Below, in pieces: positions 22,931-34,990 of a stretch of 64,000 nucleotides of DNA; positions within the stretch are counted from its first letter, which is position 1; each line of letters starts with the position of its first letter. The stretch is taken from the NCBI GenBank assembly GCA_964036045.1, contig OZ038379.1, forward strand, positions 49,352,001 to 49,416,000, written 5' to 3'. A program made the translations under genes and the position numbers. The notes below the pieces were generated by a model. That model had not been told where the DNA came from and did not search any database. It worked only from the letters and a program-made list of their open reading frames with translations. The DNA is from Eutreptiella sp. 'Long Island Sound 2002' (taxonomy: Eukaryota > Protista > Euglenida).

Positions 22931-25110
22931 ACTGCAAGGCGTTCGCAACGCTCTCGCATAATTTTATAAAGGCGGCTCTTCACTTTCTTTTCTTCCCCGC
23001 CCAGTTTTGTGAACCTAGTCATTTCTTTGCTAAGATCGCAATACCACTTCCTGATGGGCGGTGCGGCCATTAGGGAGGTGATTTTCTATCAGGAAGCAGG
23101 CATTGGTCAGGGTGACCCGTTTTCACAGCAGCTCTTCTCCTTTTGTGCAGCAATCATTATTTACCCGCTCCGGCAGCTCCGGGTTAAAATGGGCATGTAC
23201 CTCTACGTAGATGAGTATCTCATTGTGTTTGGTCACGAGATCACACAACGGCAACTAACACAATTGTTTCATGAGGTCAGGCGTTTTTGAGCAGCTAGTG
23301 GCTTACAACAAAATGTAGGCAAGTCGGCGCATGTCACAAAGGGCACGTTACAACCGGAGGCTTTGCAGCTTATGCAAGGTTCGGGCCTATAGCAGGAAAC
23401 CAGGGTCCGGTACCTTGGAGTGCAGATGGGGCAGGTGTTTGTGAAAGAAGCCTTTGTGGGTTCCTTGAGCTTTGAGAGAGGCGTACTGCAGAGCGCGAAT
23501 GGCAACCACCACTGTGCATACCGGAAGCAATCACACTACTGAAAACGTGGATCCCTCCTACGTTATTGCTGACGGCCCGGGCCTACATTTCCAATCTGTC
23601 TGTGGTCTCGGCTGTAAACACTGTTTACAACATACTCTTTTCTTTTGGTAGTTGGGGAATGACAACCCATCAAATTTCCCAACACAGGGACCAAGGAGGG
23701 TACTCGTTACCCATGCCCCAAACATGGCTTGCCGTCCAAGGGGGGACGGCAACAGTTGCAGCACTGACCTCCCTCACAATTCGGCGGATGTACGTTTTGC
23801 AGGCATTCGTTAAATTGTGCACTCATTATGGAATTCCCACCAACCACAAGGTACTCACGGTGACTCAAATGGGGCAAGTGCCCATGAAAGGAGCGGGTTA
23901 CGTGGCACAGAGTTATAAAGAGTACTCCCCAACGCACAAGGGCACCAAAATCAAACTGTCCCTTCCATTTCAAGATCTGCCACTGTGGCACTCCACAATC
24001 GTTTGCAACAACCATCACAACACATTTTTGGCCCCCCACCTCATCAGACAGAGAGTACTGCCGGTGGCGGATGTGTTTGACAGCAACCTAGAATTGCAGC
24101 CACACATGCACAAATTCCTCACGCGCTGGTGGCTACCCATTTCTTAGTAGGCATTACGGCAGTGTCACACTCTGCCCATAAACGATCGGTCTCCACTAGT
24201 TGTATGGTCAGGCTGTTGGGCAAAGTCCCCCTGCCCGGCGCACATCGCGCCTTCAAAGAAGATACACCACCACGCGAAGTCTGAAGGTTGGAAGGCCTTC
24301 TGGCCAGCCAACCTACCTCCCAGCTTAAAAGACTTTGCATATCAGTGCATGTGCCACAAACTAAAGGTGCGGCACCGCCTGGAACCATGGCTAAAAACCT
24401 CTGTGTGCCCCATGTCTGGAGCGCGGGACACTGTGTTCCACGCCGTGTACAACTGTGCATTCTATGCGCGCGAGCACAGATTCATGGTGGTGTGCTTTGG
24501 GGAATGCAGGGTGCATGGTAAAACCGGGCGTTGGATGCAGTTCCCGTTGGAGCACACGTTCAACACCACACCGGGGCTCATCCTTCGGGCAATCTGCAAG
24601 GCGCACTGGGCAACGCGCTACTCGGCTGCACCGAACAACAAACCCACATTTGAACAATATGTCCACCGGTGGCTTCAAGACCTCAAAACATTACTTACCT
24701 GGGAACCACTATGAGGCCATTGTGGTGGCGTCCATAAGTTCTTCAACTCGCTCATGCACTTCACACAGGAGGGTACCTTTAAAGCAGTGCACATCAATTG
24801 GCGTGCCCGTCGAGTGCATGACGCACCCTCAACCGTGCACACCAATCCTAAACAGCAAAAACGCAATGAACGTAAAGCGGCAATTGCGTAGCAAGTTATT
24901 GCCATCGAGCAAGTCTACTTTGCTGCGGGACGGCACATCTTTCACTTGGATGGCTCAGCCAAATACTATCCCAAGGCCGGCTGGTCGAGGGGTTTTGGGC
25001 AGTGGCCACCAGGGGCACTGGGTATTCTCCTCCCCCGTGGACACACTCGAAAAACAAACCAACAACGGGCGGAGTTAAAAGCAACAATTTCGGTAGTAGT
25101 GAGAGTCTCG
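22930..25110 (+). mobile_element. RT, Zn finger and RNase H of a LINE (likely continuation of the 13.6-17.8 kb element)
   Basis: KAFATLSHNFI, GIGQGDPFSQQLF, YLYVDEY, QGGYSLP, CPMSGARDTVFHAVYNC, DGSAK...TNQQRAELKA. Confidence 0.85.
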
Positions 25111-25260
25111 CAAAAGAATGACCCCCCGGTCGGCCCGTCGGTAGGCCCACAGGCGGGGCGGGGCTGGGGCTGCCGGGGCGACCCCCACCTCGTCGCTGGG
25201 CATGCTGCCCAACATCCACTCGCCAAACAAAGTGGCAGGGTCTCCTTCTTCTCTTCCTTA

Positions 25261-25480
25261 GAGGGGATGATCCTCTGCACCCTCTTGCCCCGCTTTTCTT
25301 CCTTCCCCTCTTCCTTCTTTGCCTTCCCTTCGAAGGAGATGGTCCTCTGCACCTTCTTCTCCTGCTTTTTCTTCCCTCTCCTCTCTCTTCTTCGCCTTCC
25401 CCTCGAAGGGGATAATCTTCTGCACCTTCTTCTCCCTCTTCTCTTCCTTCTTATGCTCTTCCTTTCTTTTCCTTTCTTTC
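25261..25480. repeat. CT-rich ~75-bp tandem repeat (about 3 units)
   Basis: GAAGGRGATRRTCYTCTGCACCYTCTT recurs at 25261, 25332 and 25406. Confidence 0.7.
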
Positions 25481-25489
25481 CCGGGCATT

Positions 25490-27110
25490 GTATAGCGGAT
25501 GGTCTGCACGGGCGTTACACATGACTCCTCGGTGGATGGTTTGCTCAGGCGATTACACAATTTTACACGACTACTTGTCCTTTTCGGCAGATGGTCTGCT
25601 TTTCGGCCTGACACAATCACACAATCTGACACACGACTCGTTTTCGGCGGATGGTCTGCTCATGCGATTGCACAATCTTTTCGGCGGCCCTTCGTTTTCC
25701 TAGCAATAGCCTACCGAGGGCCAGTTCGTACGCACCGCCTACGTGTTATGTGGTATGGCAGCTGGTTGGTCTAGAGGTATGTGCATGTTCCCTACGTTTC
25801 GAAACCGCGGGTTCAAACCCTTGCATACACACTATGTCTGCATCAGAGGAAGGATTCGCAAGACCAGGGGCCCACAACGGACGTGAAGGACTTACCCCAT
25901 GGGGCGCAACCAACAAATACAGGAGCTGAAGATAGGCAATCAAATGCGATCACTAGCTGCCCTTCATTTTTTTAGCAATAACGCCTACCGAGGGCTGGTC
26001 TGTTGTGGCTGTCCCGGCGTGGGCTGGGCTGGTCTTCTTGGAGCCACCATCCTTGTGCCGGAGGCTGTTCGACGACGAGGTGGCTGGTGCTGGGCTGGAG
26101 CTATTGTTGGAGTTGGCCAGACCAAGGTTCGAACCAACGAGCCCTGCCGCCGGAGTCCACGCCCATGACCACTCATCCACACACGAACGTTGCTCAGCTT
26201 GGTTGCCGTAACCTGAACCACCCCTCCCTTGCAAGGAGCATCACTGCACCACAACAGCATGTTGAATGCAAGGTGCATTGAAAGTGCATCTGCTCAGGGA
26301 TTTATCCTACTTGTCCTTTTCGGCACAATTGTCCTACTTGTCCTTTTCGGCGGATGGTCTGCACAGGCGTTTACACATGACTGGTACTTGTCCTTTTCGG
26401 CGGATGGTCTACTCAGGCGTCCTCAACGTCAGTTCATGAACAACATTTCCACTACTGTGGTATAGTTTCGTGGTTGGTCCAGTCGTCTGCTACATGTGCC
26501 TCTGTTCCGTGTTCGTGGGTTCAATTCCCGAAGAATACAAAGCAAGCGTGCAAGGATGATGTGCGATGGCGTACCGGAAGCGGATCTGCCAGTGGGCAAG
26601 GCGCATATGAAAAGGCGCTGAAGACAGGTTTTTCCAGACACATCTCTATCTCTCCGAAGGGGTCACACATGTCTCCTACAAGCCAGTACACATGCTTGTC
26701 CAGTTACACATCTGTCCTGCCTATTTGCCGTCTCTCCTACTTGTCCTTTTCGGCGGAGGGTCTGCACCGCTCTACTACTTGTCCTCTTCGGCGTCCTTTT
26801 CGGCGGATGGTCTGCAGAGGCCATTACCTACTTGTCCTTTTCGGCGGATGGTCTGCAGAGCTCCCCTACTTGTCCTTTTCGGTGAGAGGTCTCCAATACA
26901 TATCTCCTATTTGTTCTGGGCTCTCCTACTTGTCCTTCCGTCTCGGCGGCTGGTCTACACAGGCTTGACACATGGTCTGCACCTACACATCTCCCCTACG
27001 TCATTCTGTCCTTTTCGGCGGAAGGTCTGCACATATTTTAGGCGGACGGTCTGCACAAGCTGTCCTACTTGTCCGTTCAGTGGATGGTCTGCAGATCACT
27101 CCTACGTGTT
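25490..27110. repeat. Interspersed arrays of the 31-nt motif CTACTTGTCCTTTTCGGCGGATGGTCTGCAC
   Basis: More than 15 variant copies clustered at 25490-25700, 26300-26420 and 26730-27110. Confidence 0.85.
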
Positions 27111-27366
27111 CTTCTTTTCACCCCTTTTACCCGTCGTGCACCCACAACCCATCGTTAGCATAGGACAACAATGTGTGCATCATTCATCGTGTCCGATCGG
27201 GCCCAGCCCATGGTGGAGGTGCACACTCCATAGTATAACAATAATGAAAGTAATTATACTGCTGCCCAAAGAGCTGTCGTTCAGCCCACCCAGCCCATGG
27301 TGGACACTCCATAGTATAATAATTATGAAAATAATAATACTGCTGCTGTTTCCAAACAGCTGCCGC

Positions 27367-29063
27367 TTAGGCGTCGTCGAATTGCCGAGTTGACATCAAC
27401 CCAGGCTGGACGCTCTGCCGGGCGCAGAGTTCCAACTGTGGGTGGTCCACACAGAAAAAAATTTCGCCACAAGAGGTCTTCCATGAGCTGGGGCGAGAAC
27501 CTGTACCGAGGGTGTAAGTCCTCAGGGTGCGGGCAGTGCAGGTTCGGATGCCATCATGCATACCCCCCCAACGTTTGCTGGACCAATGTCCCCACACCTG
27601 CGTGGGATCGGTGGCAAACTCCCTCAGCCTATATGCCAAAACGGCAGGGAACACCTCATTGGTTAGAGGGACATGAGAAGACTTGTGGGCGGCCAGAAAC
27701 TGCAAGGCGTCTATTGCCTCGCGGTGCCACGTTGAGCCCCGAGGGACTGGCAATGTGCTGAACCGGTTGGCTGTGTTCTGCAACAGGTGTGCACAGTCCC
27801 GTACAGCCATTGTCAGACTGCGCAAGGGTGGAGGGCGGTCGAACCACACACCGTGGTCCATGCTGAACAAAACAAACACAGCCTGGATGGCCACATAAAA
27901 ACAATTGGCCACCAGTGCTTGCGCCCCCGTCACGCGTTTAAAGGACATGCCCTTCTGCTGCAATAGGGTAATATGTGACAAAGAGGCCAGACTTCCAGCC
28001 ACATCCAAAACGACCATGTCGTTAACTGTCCCCCCCACCTCTGCACGAAGTGCCACTGCAAATGCATGCAGTGTGTTCCCCACCTGGGTTATACCCGTGA
28101 TAGCCTTCACTCTTTCCAGTGGCTTAAGGGGCGGCGGCAGCTTTCGGATCTTTCTGGTCTTTTGTTCGTGTGGTTCCCACCTTTTTGATGCTCGGAAGAT
28201 GGCGTTCGCCTTCCCCACCTTGGGACGCAGCTCGTTGAGGCGCGCCCACGCCTTGGCCATGTCCTTCTGTGTCTTTGCGACTTGCTTGTTGAGGTCGGCT
28301 TTCTGCTAAATGGTCAACATTCGGGGAAGAGGGGTGACATCGCGGCCTTGCGCGTACTTGGGGCGCTTGTCTCTTTCTACTTGCGCTTTGGCTTCTTTCG
28401 GTCTGAGCTTCCCCTGCAGCTTTGCTGTGTATCTGATCATGTCGTCGGCCCCTTCTTCATACAGCTCCCACTGCGCGTCCCACTCGTCCCACGGGTACTC
28501 AACGTTCCTCTCCCACAACTGTTGCAGGTATCGCTTTGCCACCTCAGCGTTCGCGAGCGCCGGCCACCAAGTATCCACGACTTCTTGCATGGCGTCCACA
28601 AAGAGCGGTGGGGGGACTGGGCTTGTGTAGCGCCATTGCAATGTCCCCAGCGCAATCAGGCTCCGCCACAGCCATCGGTCTGCTCCCCCTTTTGACTCCG
28701 GTCCAAGAAGTCCACGACATTTCCAGCCGCGGTCGCGATACTTCTGCGTGAGCAAGGCGAACCGGATCTCGCAGTGCCCCCAATGGCCCAGGGCGATGAC
28801 GCAGCAACAACGGTGGCCTGAGGACACATGAGTGCAATGGTACTCCCCTTTCCGACGGATTAACAGCGGCACGCGGTTTGGGCACATACCAGCTGCACCG
28901 CGTTGTCGTCGTCGTCACTTGGCGGCGTTGCCTGCCTCTGGGCTTGGGGCTTCGGCTTCGGCGGGTTGGGCGCCGTCTCTGCTTGGGGCTTCGGCTTCGG
29001 CGGGTGGGGCACCGGCGCTGCGCGGGGCTTCGGCTGCCTGGGGTTCCCCACGCTCGTCGCGGG
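27367..29063 (-). pseudogene. Exon(s) of an unknown ~560-codon gene (Pro-rich, Cys/His cluster, coiled coil, possible OTU-like protease)
   Basis: ORFs 28306-28887 and 27367-28260 are in the same frame, separated by one TAG. Splice acceptor TTTTCTCTCAG| at 29064. ANCFYVAI...WGHW weakly resembles OTU Cys/His motifs. Confidence 0.5.
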
Positions 29064-29079
29064 CTGAGAGAAAAGAGGA

Positions 29080-29370
29080 TGGTGCAATTCGGCGGATGGT
29101 CTACACTTTTCGGCGGATGGTCTGCACGTGTCCTTTTCGGCGGATGGTCTGCACCGGCTGTTACACATGTATCCCATTTGTCTTTTTCGGTGGATGGTCT
29201 GTTACACATGTCTCCTATTTGTCCTCTTCGGCGGATGGTCTGCTACACATGTCTCCTATTTGTCCTTTTCGGCGGATGGTCTGCGAGGCCCGTACCTGTC
29301 CTTTTGGCGTTTACACATTTTGGCGGATGGTTTGCACATGCTGTGCTTTTGGCGAATGGTCTGCACAGGC
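29080..29370. repeat. Array of the 31-nt TTTTCGGCGGATGGTCTGC motif (intronic)
   Basis: About 7 copies immediately upstream (on the minus strand) of the 29064 acceptor. Confidence 0.85.
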
Positions 29371-30227
29371 CATTACACGAATTGTGCTGACCCTGCACCC
29401 TGCACCCTACATTGCCTCAGGCCCAATAGCATACCTTACACGCTGGGTTGTCCTTGTGAAACCTCGACATTAAAACTTTTTGGGCTCATCTGTGGCCCTT
29501 GCCATCAAAAAGGGGAAAGGCTGCACACAGGCACGGGACAAGAGCACAACAGCTACCCCTGCCTTCCCCTTCCCTGAAGAGTACCTACGTTAAAATACGT
29601 GATGCGACGTCTTGCTCGAGGGGGGCCTTCTGCGGGATTTCGGTTGTCCTCTCTCTGTCTAGCAATATCCATGAGGGTAGGATATCCCTTGGGGGGGCGG
29701 AGTGCCCTTGGTCGCGCCGGGGGGGATGGCGCCAATGGGGGGTTACCATTCATGGGTTGGGGGTTGACGTTCAGAAGAGGCAGCAGAGATGTCCTCCGGT
29801 GTGCGGCCAGCTGCGTGAGGGATGGCTGACTAGGGGATTTGACTATGGGTTCTATGCTGTGTGCTGTGGTCCGGGTCTGGGATGGAGGAGCTGGGTGGTG
29901 AAGGTAGTATTCCCTACGCATTAGACGCAAGGCACGTTCCTCACTGCGTGTCACAAACGAGGAGCGAGACACACGCATCCCCTGTTCCCACAGAAGCAGC
30001 GGGGCCTCGGCGCTCCACTGCAAATGAGTACCTCCTAAGATTAAACATCACGAGGTGCTCCCACGACGGGTATTCGGCAAGTGTGTGCCGTGAGAGGTAG
30101 TACTGTGTCCGGGGGGTGATGGGGTCTCCTAATGTGACTGGTGGTGGTGTGGGGGGGTGGGCAGGCACAAGGCGTGGCCCGAGGACTGGGGAGGACAACA
30201 AGACTGGAGGCGGTGGTGAAGGAGCTG

Positions 30228-31124
30228 TGGCCATGAGGCAACGGAAACTGGGCTCGCATACGCCCCCGTGTCACAGGCGCATGGTCATAACCACATTGTT
30301 CAGTGTGTTTCTTGCTGCACTGCAGCGCAAACCAGTTCTGTACCACACCAGGTGGTTGCTGACTGTACTTTGGCTTGGTCCTCTGGACACTGAGGTCAGC
30401 TCGCACCCACCACCCTCCCACAGTGCCGGTTAGTCTCTAACCCTTGCCCTGCAGGTCGTGCCCCTGTCAAGCACTTGCTCTCTGGCACGTGAGGACGTGT
30501 CGTACCCGAACCCCGGGGGCGCAATGGCGCCTTTGGTGGCGCAAAGGCGTCTCAACATTTCAACAAAAGCTTCGGTTGCCCGTCACCTCAACAGTTCCTC
30601 GCTGTACTGTGTGTGGCGCGTACCTTTTCAGCACCACACCATGGGTGCACCACATTTTCATGTCCACTCGCTTTCAACGCCCTCTCATGGGGCGCATTGT
30701 CGCGGCCCTTGCCATGCTTCGGCTTTCCAACACGTAATGACGTGTCGCGCCTGTGCTCCAGGGGCGCCATGGCGCCCTTTTATTTCACCATTATACTGCT
30801 CTGTGCTGCCTTGGCGTCCCTTACACCCTGGTCAGCTCGAACCCACCACCCTCCCTTTGCGCCGGTTAGCCCCCGACTCTTGTTCTGTGGGTCTCTCTCC
30901 CACTCTCTCCCTCTCTTTCTCTCCTGCTCTCTCCCCTCCGCCCCACCCTCTCTCTCTCTCCTCTCCGTTCCTTTCCCACTGCGTCCCACTCTCACTCACT
31001 CTCTCTCTCTCTCTCTCGCATAAAAGGGGTTTTCGGGACGTTCGGTGTACATTATCCCCCCCGGGGTTCGAACCCTTCTCCGCAGGATAGAAGAGGTGCG
31101 GTTAATCCACTGGGCTTTGACCTC
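30228..31124 (-). mobile_element. Full-length tRNA-derived SINE with 6-bp TSD
   Basis: GAGCTG at 30222-30227 and 31125-31130; B-box GGTTCGAACCC near 31064-31075; (CT)n tract; colinear with 12760-13643. Confidence 0.9.
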
Positions 31125-31345
31125 GAGCTGGGGGCGGGGGGGAGAGAATGGGGGGTTGGGGCGACCACAACGCGTTCAAATCTGTCTCAATATTGCTATC
31201 CCAGTAGGGCTCAACAAAATCGCCGAACTCGAGCAGCTCCGGGAGGTCCCCCCGGCCCCCATCCAGACTGCCGTCCGGGAGGAAGGGAAGGCATTGCGAC
31301 ATGTTAAAAAAGTGCGCCATGCTAATTGCAAAGCAGTGCGAAACA

Positions 31346-32461
31346 TCAGGGGATGGTTTGCACAGGCACCACAAAGCACCACAAATACCTAACCCTAGGG
31401 ATACCTCTCTTTTCAAAGAACCGCGCGATGCCCAAAACCTCCGCAGGCGGTTTGCGCACGACGACTCCCTCTGGTGGTGCGCAGCAAAGCGCGAACCTAA
31501 TTGCGTACAGCCCCCCATCTGTCTCCACGATCGGCTCTATTAAGGTATCAAAGGCATCCCCACCCGGTGCTCTAACACGTCGCAAAAACTGCCCAGGTCG
31601 CATTTCGTCAACAATGGTGACGTGCTCGCCCACATCGAACGTGGGGGCATGAACCCCCAAAATTTGCGCGCCCGACGTATTGACCACAGAGGCACCAACC
31701 ATATCCGCAAACAGGTCACTTACAATAAATCTCAAGTACTCATTTTTTGAATGCATGGACAGAAGTACTGGCATGTCCACCACGGTTTTGCTCCGTGCAC
31801 GCTTGACCTCCGGACATGAATTGGCATATGCAAGCCAAAGGGAATGGTGGAAGGCCATTTGCCAGATGGCCTTGTTGAGGGCAAAAGGTGACTTGACGTG
31901 CTCCGTAGCATTTTGTGGCCGGATGGGGAGCTCTTTGGGGGGATGCAGTTTGAGGAGTTTCCAAGCTTCCCACTTTTCCCTCTGCTCCTTGGGGGCCCCT
32001 TCTGGCGGTTCCACCCGATCTTCCGCGTTGGGTGCACGAATTGGTAGATGTCGGTACAGTGTCCCAAAGCTGCCAATGTAACAGCTAGGGGTGGTGTTAT
32101 CCCTTGCCTCGGCGGCAGTGCGGCGCGGGACCCCCAACTGGGTGTTCTCCGCTCTCATCACGACCGTGTCCTTGGATTTCAGCTTTTTGAAAAGACGCGC
32201 AGGCATCATGGCCTCCAAAAAGAGGCGTGGCACGCGTGGTTGCACGTAGCGGCCGGCGTGGGGGACGAAGCACAGGAGGGCGATGGCCCGTTGCAGCTCT
32301 GCGCGCAACACGTAGTCGGGGCGCTCCTCCACAGGCACTGCGTCCACATTGATTTCCTCCATGTCGAAAAGGTCATCAGGGGGTGATGCGAAGCTAGCAC
32401 TACCACTCACACTGCCACTGGCGGGGCTGGGACTGAACGTGTCACTGTCGGATGTTGACAT
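31346..32461 (-). CDS. Uninterrupted ~371-aa ORF of unknown function
   Basis: ATG at 32461 preceded by an acceptor-like TTTGTTTGCAG|CA; acidic/Ser-rich N-terminus and globular-looking remainder; no recognisable motif. Confidence 0.55.
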   Translation of the reverse strand: MSTSDSDTFSPSPASGSVSGSASFASPPDDLFDMEEINVDAVPVEERPDYVLRAELQRAIALLCFVPHAGRYVQPRVPRLFLEAMMPARLFKKLKSKDTVVMRAENTQLGVPRRTAAEARDNTTPSCYIGSFGTLYRHLPIRAPNAEDRVEPPEGAPKEQREKWEAWKLLKLHPPKELPIRPQNATEHVKSPFALNKAIWQMAFHHSLWLAYANSCPEVKRARSKTVVDMPVLLSMHSKNEYLRFIVSDLFADMVGASVVNTSGAQILGVHAPTFDVGEHVTIVDEMRPGQFLRRVRAPGGDAFDTLIEPIVETDGGLYAIRFALCCAPPEGVVVRKPPAEVLGIARFFEKRGIPRVRYLWCFVVPVQTIP

Positions 32462-32964
32462 TGCTGCAAACAAAGAACCCCAGGGGTGGGGCTCTACCCA
32501 TTACTTCGCAAATGCAAATGCCCATGCGAATTGTAGGTTCTGCTTTTTTTGTGGGGGGGATGGGGCTCTACCCATTACTTGGCAGATGCAAATTCCCATG
32601 CAAATTGATGTCTCCGGATTAGGCCCCTTTGGATACACACACACCAAGGCAAGCACGACAGAAAAAATGGCAGGCAGGCAGCCGAAGGTGGAGTACATCC
32701 AACACCGGCACCCACCAAGAAGAACCACATACTAGAATCACAGCCGACGTGGACTTGGGCGGACAGGGGACCTCATCGGTGAGCAACAATATCACATGTT
32801 TCCATGGTCCCCCATCGCTCCAATGCCATACCAATAGGCACCTTCATCGGACGCGGCCGGCACTTAAGGGGCTCTCCGGTAAAAAAAAAAACACCTGTGA
32901 AGAGAGGGAATGGTATAGTGGGAAAGGCAAGGCAGCGTGTTCACGCACCCCGGGGAGGCCGACA

Positions 32965-33210
32965 GCGGCCTGTTTTGGCGGCGTGTTTTGGCGGCCTGTT
33001 TTGGTGGCCTGGTTTGGTGGCCTGTTTTGGCGGCCTTTTTTGGTGGCCTGTTTTGGCGGCTCTATTGAGGTATCAAAGGCATCCTCAGCGGGTGCTGAAA
33101 AACGGTGCAAAAACTGGCCACGTCTTATCTCCTCGCCAATGGTGACGTGGTGGCCTGTTCTGGCTGCCTTTTTTGGTGGCTTCTTTTGGCGGCCCGTTTT
33201 GGTGGCCTAA
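32965..33210. repeat. 16-bp GGCCTGTTTTGGCGGC repeats flanking a diverged copy of 31538-31627
   Basis: CTATTGAGGTATCAAAGGCATCC...AATGGTGACGTG (33061-33150) versus CTATTAAGGTATCAAAGGCATCC...AATGGTGACGTG (31536-31625). Confidence 0.75.
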
Positions 33211-33384
33211 TTTGGTTTAACGAAACGATCAACACGAACGCAATGCATACGTGTGAAATGACAGGGACATACCTAAGAAGCTGCCCCCTGCTTTGACAAC
33301 GCGGTCGTCCTGAACCACTTTGCCTTTTAGCGATTTGATTCAGCAGTTAGGCGTGCCATGCAAGCGCTTGACAAGGACGCAGCT

Positions 33385-33860
33385 AGGGTATCAGACCTTG
33401 CATGCCAGCCCCCCATCCTAATTTGTGTGGGTACCTTCGAATCATCATTTGTTGCCGGCAGAGGTATCAGACCTTGCATGCCAGCCCCCCATCCTAATTT
33501 GTGTGGGTGCCTTCCAACCATCATGTGTCGCTAGCAGAGGTATCACACCTTGCATGCCATGGCCCCATCCTCATGTGTGTGGGTGCCTTCCAATCATCAT
33601 GTGCCGCCAGCAGAGGTATCAGACCTTGCATGGCAGCCCCCCATCCTAATTTGTGTGGGTACCTTCCAACCATCATGTGCTGCCAGCACAGGTATGAAAC
33701 CTTGCATGCCAGCCCCCCATCATAATTTGTGTGGGTGCCTTCCAACCATCATTTGCTGCCAGCAAGGGCATCACACCTTGCATGCCAGCCCCCCACCCAG
33801 ATTATTCTGTGCAAATTCCAAGCACCTTCCGCTTCCGACGGAGGTGGCAAACCTTGCATG
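33385..33860. repeat. 76-bp tandem repeat (about 6 units)
   Basis: GTATCAGACCTTGCATG at about 33388, 33464, 33540, 33617 and 33693. Confidence 0.9.
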
Positions 33861-34799
33861 CAATATCGCAGGCACCTAAGGATTAGAGCCCGTCTTCTGG
33901 ATTTCCGAGCACAATTTCCGAGCACAATTTCCAAGCGTCCTCCGGTACCCGAGCGTCGTCCAACCTTGCATGCAACATCGCAAGCACTTCCGCAACCGTG
34001 GACAACACCAAAATTTTTGAGCACTTCTAGAACATGGTTTACCATGGGTCACCCTTTTTGGCCCAACGAGTTTGGACTGGGGCCCTAAGAACTCTACTAA
34101 GGGCCGGGGTATCCAAGAGTCCACGGGGAATCCACAAATTGCTAAGCTGTTGGCAAGCCAAGAAAAAATTTCAAGGGGAGGGGTTTTGCGACATGTGGTG
34201 ACGCTGTGACTGCAAGTGATGTGTAGCTCGTATGTACCCTGAGGTCGCATAAGGTGTGGGTGAACCCAACAAGGAACACACCACAGAGTGTGGTGTCGGA
34301 AAATTATGTGTTTCCTGATCGTGTGAGGTGGCCTCAAAAGGAGTGTTGATTAGGGTCATGGCCATGGCCGTTTCCAAGTTTGAATTGCAGTCAAAAAATA
34401 GTTGTCAACGCCCCTTGACTAGGGCTGCCTGGCTTGGTGTGTGGGACATGTCCCGTTTGTCTAGAGAATGATGGCTGACGAGAGGGTGGTTTTGCCTCCC
34501 CATCTCGGCGAGCGCCGCCCTTTCATTGCCTGGAATGCCGTGGTGTGATGGGGACCAGGCCCACCTAATTAAGTGCGGCGCCATGTCAATGGCGGGGCAA
34601 GGCTTCCCACAAGTCCGAGTTGGGCACGGGACCTGTGGGCAGGCACCATTGCGGTCGCCGCCAAGTGTAGGCCTTTCCGGGCGAGCCCTCTAGAACATAA
34701 CTAGAGGCCCCGAAAATCACTGCCGCCCCTTCTTGGGGCGAGGGAGCCCCAAGGCGCCAGGGTGCCACAACGGTGTTTTTTAACACCACCATCCCTCGA

Positions 34800-34990
34800 T
34801 GAAAAGGACAAGAGAGATGTGTCCAGCCTGAAAGCATGAAAAGGACAAGTTAGAGAGAAGCGTAATGGCCTGTGTAGACAAGCCGCCGAAAAGGACAAGT
34901 AGGAAAATTGTGTAAACGCCTGAGCAGACCATCCGCCGAAAAGGACAAGTAGGAGACATGTGTAAGCGCCTGTGCAGACCATCCGCCGAA
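34800..34990. repeat. 31-nt motif array in reverse orientation (GCAGACCATCCGCCGAAAAGGACAAGTAG)
   Basis: About 4 copies directly upstream of the + strand transposase ORF. Confidence 0.85.

Noticed and set aside
25490-27110. CRISPR-like array of ~31-nt repeats
   Set aside because: Spacing is irregular, the intervening sequence is mostly repeat-derived, there are no cas genes, and the context is eukaryotic.
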